Below are positions 58,934 through 64,000 of a DNA stretch of 64,000 nucleotides, one piece after another. The stretch is from NCBI GenBank assembly GCA_038245295.1, contig JBBRSP010000016.1, forward strand, positions 1 to 64,000, read 5' to 3'. A program made the position numbers and the translations under genes. This DNA is from Candidatus Binatia bacterium. Lineage in GTDB: Bacteria > Desulfobacterota > Binatia > HRBIN30. Within the stretch, counting starts at the first letter, position 1, and every line of letters starts with the position of its first letter. The notes below the pieces were generated by a model. That model was given only the letters and a program-made list of their open reading frames with translations, was not told the origin of the DNA and searched no databases.

Positions 58934-59743
58934 ATGGTAGCCACGACAGTCAACGATCTTCCCAGCGATGAGAAGGCGGCGGTGCCGTCCCGCCCGCAGG
59001 GCGGTGCCGTGGAGCAACCCTACTACCGCACGGATGGCCGTTACGAAGGTAGCGCCCCTTTCTTTTACGAAATTGGTCGCTTCCCCTGGGCTCGCCAGGT
59101 GGAGGAATCTTGGAAGACCATCCGCACGGAATACGAGGCCAACCTGCGGCAAGGGAAGAGCCAGGTGGTCGACGTGTTCAATCCCGTCGGACCGACGATT
59201 CCTGGTTGGAAGTCTGTAAACCTGCAAACCTATCGATGGCGGTACCATCCGGCCTACAATTCGTTTCCCAAGACGGCGGCGCTTCTGAGCACCATTCCCG
59301 GGCTGACCTCCGCCTTCATCAACGTTCTGGAACCCAATTCCAAGATCCCGCCGCACCAGGGTGATTCGAACACCATCGTTCGATTCCATCTTGGGCTTGA
59401 TGTGCCGAACGGCGACTGCGGTGTGCAGGTCGGTCCGGAGACCCGCCGGTGCCAGAACGGCACCATGATCGCGTTTTGCGACGCCCATTGGCACTCCTCC
59501 TGGAATGCCACGCCGGAGAGCCGTCTCGTGATGGTTTTCGACGTCATGCGTCCGGAGTATCTGGGGCAGCAACGGCGGATCTCGGCCAATGTCCTCGGGG
59601 CCACCGTGGTGCTCTGGCTCGAGACAAAGCTGCGCTTGCGATCCCCGCTACCGCGGCCCCTGCGATCCCTCCTGCGTTCCGCCATCGGCGTCGCGTTCTT
59701 GCTCGTCACACCAATACAAAGGCGACTGCATCATGCGGCGTAG
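58934..59743 (+). CDS. Second aspartyl/asparaginyl beta-hydroxylase (LpxO/OlsC-type) with a C-terminal hydrophobic anchor
   Basis: LEPNSKIPPHQGD, RFHLGL, AFCDAHWHSSWN..RLVMVFDV. Confidence 0.85.
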   Translation: MVATTVNDLPSDEKAAVPSRPQGGAVEQPYYRTDGRYEGSAPFFYEIGRFPWARQVEESWKTIRTEYEANLRQGKSQVVDVFNPVGPTIPGWKSVNLQTYRWRYHPAYNSFPKTAALLSTIPGLTSAFINVLEPNSKIPPHQGDSNTIVRFHLGLDVPNGDCGVQVGPETRRCQNGTMIAFCDAHWHSSWNATPESRLVMVFDVMRPEYLGQQRRISANVLGATVVLWLETKLRLRSPLPRPLRSLLRSAIGVAFLLVTPIQRRLHHAA

Positions 59744-59758
59744 CGATTGGTACGAGTC

Positions 59759-61579
59759 ATGACGCGTGTTTTGCGGACGGTGATGGTTGCGGCGTCGCGC
59801 TACAGCGGGCGTGATGTCGCGTTGTTTCGTCTCGGCATGGGGCCAAATGGTGCTTTGGGCGCACTTGCCGGCATGGCCGAGGATTACAACGACCGGCATA
59901 AGGGCCACGAGCGCATCGATTACGAGTTCTTTGACGAATACGTTCGCGAAGCCATTACTCCGGAAGTACTGAGATCGTGGCGAGACGCGGCCGCCGCGGA
60001 TGGCCAGCCGTTTGTCCTGATGATTTGCGGCGTTCAGACCGCCATGTATCCGCGCGCCCGCGATATCGCGCTCATGGCGCGGCGCGAGGGAATTGAAGTG
60101 CTGGCCGGAGGGGTTCACCTGTCGGCGCACGCGCCCTCCGTGCAGTTTTTCCTCTCCTGCGGCGTACATGTCGCGATTGGCGAAGTCGAACCCATCTGGG
60201 ACCGGATCATCGAGGACTGCATCGAAGGCAACCTGCAACCCTCCTATCGCATCACCACGGAGCAGGGAGTGCGCGTAAAAACCGTAACTTCCTACATCGC
60301 CGCGCCAGACGTGTCGCGAGTACCCTTCCCGCACATCCCGAAGGCGGCACGACAGCGCTACGTGCACCCGTCGCAGTTGTTCGTCGATAGCTCGCGTGGC
60401 TGTCCATTCCTGTGCACCTTCTGCGTCGTCAAGAACGTCTTCGGGCGCACGGTGCGTGGTCGCGACCCCGAACGGCTGGTTGCCTGGATCGTCGACCGCG
60501 TGCGCAACGACAAGGCCGCCAGTTTCTGGTTCACCGACGACAACTTCGTTCGCAATGCCGGCCACCGCGAGTTGCTCGAAAGACTCGCGGCAGCGCGAGC
60601 GGCCGGCAATAAGTTTTCACTGTCCTTGACCCTCGACGTCGAATCCACCTGCTACGCGCGCGACGATTCACCGCGTGGCGAGCAAACACGTGAATTCCTG
60701 CGACTCTGCCAAGCCGCAGGCGTGGCTCATGTCTTCATGGGTTTGGAGAGCACCAACGACGCGGCGTTGCAGGAAATGCGCAAGGGTGTGAACCGTGACC
60801 GTACCGATGTGCACGCCACCGGAAGCGGCGTCGACGGGGCGGCAGCGGCACGCGCGCGGTTAGTCGAGCGCTACAAGACGGCCGTGAGCGCGTGGCACGA
60901 GATCGGCGCGTCGGTCGAGTGCGGGTATCTCATCGGGTTCGAAGCGGATGGGCCCGGCGTTGGCCTGCAAGCGGCTCGCGATATCGTTGCGATCGGGGTC
61001 GACATTGCGACGTTCTACCTGGTGTCGCCGCTCCCTGGGTCGGAAGACTACGCCACGGCGTTCGAGAAGGGCACCCTCCTCGAGCCGGACTTCAACGAGT
61101 ACTTTCGCGACACGGCGATGATTGCTCATCCGACGATGTCAGCCAGCGACATGGAGGCCGAATTGCGAGCGGCGATTCGGGCCACATGGACGTGGCGCAA
61201 CGTGGTTCGTCGCTTGGCGCGACGTGTCCTCGGGCTCAGTGGCAAACGTGTCGTTACACCGTGGCGCTACATCAAACGTCAAGTTGGCACCAAGCTGATC
61301 ATCAGCACCGGCATGTTGACGTATGCGCAAGGCGGTTTGTTGCGCCGTCATGATGCGGGGCGCAATCTGCGCCTGGCGATCTCCGATGAAGAGGCTCGGC
61401 TTGTCTACCTTGGGGAGGCGAGCCCCAGCCCGAGCGCCAGGCAGACCGTCGAGCCCAGCATGCTTTCTTTGCCAGTATACCTCGACACGCCGGTGAGCGC
61501 CCCGGCCGGCCGTGACACCGACGTGCCAAAGCCGGCAGCTGTGCCACGCGAGGTGTGGACAACCGGGACCGTCGCATGA
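59759..61579 (+). CDS. Cobalamin-binding-domain radical SAM enzyme
   Basis: VLAGGVHLS..GEVE B12-type domain; SSRGCPFLCTFC; FTDDNF; FMGLES; PLPGS. Confidence 0.88.
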   Translation: MTRVLRTVMVAASRYSGRDVALFRLGMGPNGALGALAGMAEDYNDRHKGHERIDYEFFDEYVREAITPEVLRSWRDAAAADGQPFVLMICGVQTAMYPRARDIALMARREGIEVLAGGVHLSAHAPSVQFFLSCGVHVAIGEVEPIWDRIIEDCIEGNLQPSYRITTEQGVRVKTVTSYIAAPDVSRVPFPHIPKAARQRYVHPSQLFVDSSRGCPFLCTFCVVKNVFGRTVRGRDPERLVAWIVDRVRNDKAASFWFTDDNFVRNAGHRELLERLAAARAAGNKFSLSLTLDVESTCYARDDSPRGEQTREFLRLCQAAGVAHVFMGLESTNDAALQEMRKGVNRDRTDVHATGSGVDGAAAARARLVERYKTAVSAWHEIGASVECGYLIGFEADGPGVGLQAARDIVAIGVDIATFYLVSPLPGSEDYATAFEKGTLLEPDFNEYFRDTAMIAHPTMSASDMEAELRAAIRATWTWRNVVRRLARRVLGLSGKRVVTPWRYIKRQVGTKLIISTGMLTYAQGGLLRRHDAGRNLRLAISDEEARLVYLGEASPSPSARQTVEPSMLSLPVYLDTPVSAPAGRDTDVPKPAAVPREVWTTGTVA

Positions 61580-62376
61580 CCAGCGGCGCGTTATTGGGCT
61601 CGCCCCTCTACGTTTACCTCACCTATTGCCTGGAGTTCGGACTGCGCTACTTCGCACTGGCCGGTGGGGCGTACTGGCTGCTGCACGTGGCCTTTCGAGG
61701 CCGCTTTCTCACCTATCGCATCCAGGAGAAGTTCCCCGAGTCGACGGAGATTCGGCATGAGATTCGCTGGTCGATGTCGAACATGTGTTGCACCGGATTC
61801 TCAACCGTTCTCACCTACGAGCTGACCCACAACGGGTACAGTAATCTGTACTACGGCGTGCTCGATCATGGTGTCCTCTGGCTCGCTCTGTCTGCCGTCT
61901 TGTGCGTGGTTGGTTACGATACCTGGCTCTACTGGGAGCATCGGCTCCTCCACACGGATTGGCTGTTCCAGCATGCGCATCGGGTGCATCACCGCGTCGG
62001 CAACCCGACACCGTTGGCAACCTTCGCCCATCATCCAATCGAAACACTGATGGGTAACGTCTACTTTGTCCTATTCGCCGTGCTGGTCCCCGTACACCCC
62101 TTGGCTCTGGCTGCGGCGGGTCTTTACATGTTTCTCTTTGGCATCGTCGGTCACCTGGGCTACGAGTTCTACCCGCGATGGTTCTCACGAACCGTTCTCT
62201 TCAAGATCCTGAATACGGCCACCTACCACAACATCCACCACCGGCAGGTCCGCTGTAACTACGGTGCCTATTTCATCTTCTGGGACCACTGGATGGGCAC
62301 AGCCAACCCGTCGTACGAAGAGACATTCGACGTCGTAACGGCGCGCCGTTCCGACGCTACGCTGACGGCTCTCTGA
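61576..62376 (+). CDS. Sterol desaturase/fatty acid hydroxylase superfamily di-iron enzyme
   Basis: YWEHRLLH, HRVHH, FAHHPIE, GHLG, HNIHH, NYG..WD. ATGA overlap with the radical SAM gene. Confidence 0.9.
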   Translation: MTSGALLGSPLYVYLTYCLEFGLRYFALAGGAYWLLHVAFRGRFLTYRIQEKFPESTEIRHEIRWSMSNMCCTGFSTVLTYELTHNGYSNLYYGVLDHGVLWLALSAVLCVVGYDTWLYWEHRLLHTDWLFQHAHRVHHRVGNPTPLATFAHHPIETLMGNVYFVLFAVLVPVHPLALAAAGLYMFLFGIVGHLGYEFYPRWFSRTVLFKILNTATYHNIHHRQVRCNYGAYFIFWDHWMGTANPSYEETFDVVTARRSDATLTAL

Positions 62377-62448
62377 CGCAGCGTCAACCTTTCCGGGCAG
62401 AGACTGTCGAGCCTTCCGCAAACCTAGGCAGGCAGTACCGCGCGTAGT

Positions 62449-63369
62449 ATGGGGCCACTGGAGCGACTTACGTTGAATGCCATCGACTTGTCCGTCGTAA
62501 CACCCGTTTACAACAACGCCGCGACGCTCGACGAGCTGCTCGACCGCATCATCAAGGTGGTTGAGCCGATTACCGCTGATTTCGAAATCATCCTGGTCGA
62601 CGACGGCTCGCGCGATGAGAGCTTGTCGATTCTACGACGACGCGCTGCCGCCGACCCACGGATTCGACCACTGTCGCTGGTACGCAACTTCGGCAGCCAG
62701 GCCGCCGCCTGCGCCGGGTTGGACCATGTGCGCGGACGGCGCATGGTTTCGATCGACGCCGACCTGGAGAATTGTCCGGAGGACATCCCGGCGTTACTCG
62801 AGCCGCTCGACCGCGGCTACGATCTAGTGTGTGGCTATCGTGAAACACGCGACGCCCCCTGGCTTCGACGCAAGCTCCCTTCCTTGATCATGAACGCCTA
62901 CATCCGATACCAGCTTGGCACCCGCGTACGAGACCTGGGCTGCGGGATGCGGGCCATGCACTCGTGGGTCATCCGTGATCTCGAGTCCGAAGGTGAAAAC
63001 CGCCGACTGCTGACACCGATCATTCTACGCCGCGTTCGTAAGGTCGCGGAAGTTCCGATTCGCCCCGGCATCCAACGTACCTCGAGCGCCCACTCCTTCC
63101 TCACTCTGCTCGGCATGGCCATGGATTACTACTTGCTCTCGGCGCGGCGCCCATTCCTGATCAGCGGCCTCACTTCTGTTCTCGTCGTGGGGGTGGGAAG
63201 CACGCTGCTGCTCTTTGGTCCGAGATTGGCGGGGCTCGTATTGTTCGCGTCGGGGTGGCTTGGCGCCCTGATGTCTCTTCTCGGCGAATACCTGCAGCGC
63301 AGCTACCAACTGGCTCAACGCGTGCCCTTCTACAAACTCAGGCAGCCGGACGAACCAGGCAATCCCTGA
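62449..63369 (+). CDS. GT2 polyprenyl-phosphate glycosyltransferase (ArnC/GtrB-like)
   Basis: LSVVTPVYN, VDDGSRD, RNFGSQAA, IDADLEN.PED, two C-terminal TMs, LGEYL. Confidence 0.9.
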   Translation: MGPLERLTLNAIDLSVVTPVYNNAATLDELLDRIIKVVEPITADFEIILVDDGSRDESLSILRRRAAADPRIRPLSLVRNFGSQAAACAGLDHVRGRRMVSIDADLENCPEDIPALLEPLDRGYDLVCGYRETRDAPWLRRKLPSLIMNAYIRYQLGTRVRDLGCGMRAMHSWVIRDLESEGENRRLLTPIILRRVRKVAEVPIRPGIQRTSSAHSFLTLLGMAMDYYLLSARRPFLISGLTSVLVVGVGSTLLLFGPRLAGLVLFASGWLGALMSLLGEYLQRSYQLAQRVPFYKLRQPDEPGNP

Positions 63370-63430
63370 TCCTCCGCTACGGACTAGATTCGGCGACAGC
63401 GGCACCCGATGGCACGCGATGGTTCGCGCA

Positions 63431-64000
63431 TCATTTCCAGCCTTCAACGAGCAGCAACGGCAGATTCTCCCAGGCGTTGATCGGTCCAACATCCGGAAGG
63501 GGCACCTTCAGGCGGTCTCGGCCGTGGGCGGCGATCAGGCTACCGAACTGCAGTTCCCAGTTTTGGAGGTAGATGCCGGCGGACACGCGGCCAATCTCTC
63601 GCGGCAGCGGGTCCAGCGGCTGGCCCGCCACCGGTACTTCCGGGACTCCGACGATCCACACCTTCCCCCCACGCCGAAGAGTAGCCTCCACACGTGCCAG
63701 GTCGGGCTCGACAGCCGCCTCTCCCGCCTTCATCTTCTCCGCCACCAGATGATGTCGATGAAACTTGTGCTCTTCAAAATCCGGGATCGTGATCCACGCA
63801 GCTCGTCCACGATAGTAGCGCTGGAAGGTGATCCCACAGTACCAGGGGAAGACCACGATAAGATCATCGGGCCGCGCGCTCACGTTCAGCTCGGCGGCAA
63901 TCACATCAAGGTTGGTAAGGCGCACGTTCAGCGTCTCCCAAACGGCCGGTATTGCCATCAGCAAACCTAGAACCACCAACCCGACGCGGCCGTGTTCCCC
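63431..64000 (-). CDS. C-terminal part of a membrane protein, probably a GT-C glycosyltransferase (partial)
   Basis: Last TM helix, then a ..PDDLIVVFPW..FQRYY..KVWIVG extracytoplasmic domain; open at the window edge. Confidence 0.55.
   Translation of the reverse strand, partial: GEHGRVGLVVLGLLMAIPAVWETLNVRLTNLDVIAAELNVSARPDDLIVVFPWYCGITFQRYYRGRAAWITIPDFEEHKFHRHHLVAEKMKAGEAAVEPDLARVEATLRRGGKVWIVGVPEVPVAGQPLDPLPREIGRVSAGIYLQNWELQFGSLIAAHGRDRLKVPLPDVGPINAWENLPLLLVEGWK

Overview
GC-rich bacterial window; the Cys-GDCNGDG dockerin-like repeats suggest a Binatia/Myxococcota-like host (inference). It has three zones. (1) 1-12.8 kb is a defence island: the left end of an IS21 element, a SEFIR/TIR gene, a ~1070-aa protein with an N-terminal PRTase-like domain and a C-terminal class III nucleotidyl-cyclase-like domain, a complete type I R-M system (hsdR-hsdS-hsdM) and a MazEF-like toxin-antitoxin pair. 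(2) 13-21 kb is a candidate signalling module. A FeeM/LuxI/OlsB-fold acyltransferase is translationally coupled to a 7TM-GAF histidine kinase, followed by a paralogous 7TM-GAF sigma54 activator. An ACP, acyl-CoA dehydrogenase and ketosynthase operon is transcribed divergently from it. (3) 21-64 kb is a large lipid/glycoconjugate tailoring region with no PKS or NRPS. It encodes desaturases, a Rieske oxygenase, a P450, a FAAL-ACP-crotonase cassette, an MBL-fold protein, a B12 radical SAM enzyme, two ASPH/LpxO-type hydroxylases and an HphA/HphCD-like 2-oxo-acid elongation pair. It also encodes four GT-C and two GT2 glycosyltransferases, amino-sugar enzymes, and secreted CRTAC1/FG-GAP and heme-c/copper-monooxygenase proteins. 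No rRNA, tRNA or CRISPR array was seen. All calls come from reading motifs by eye; no database searches were run.
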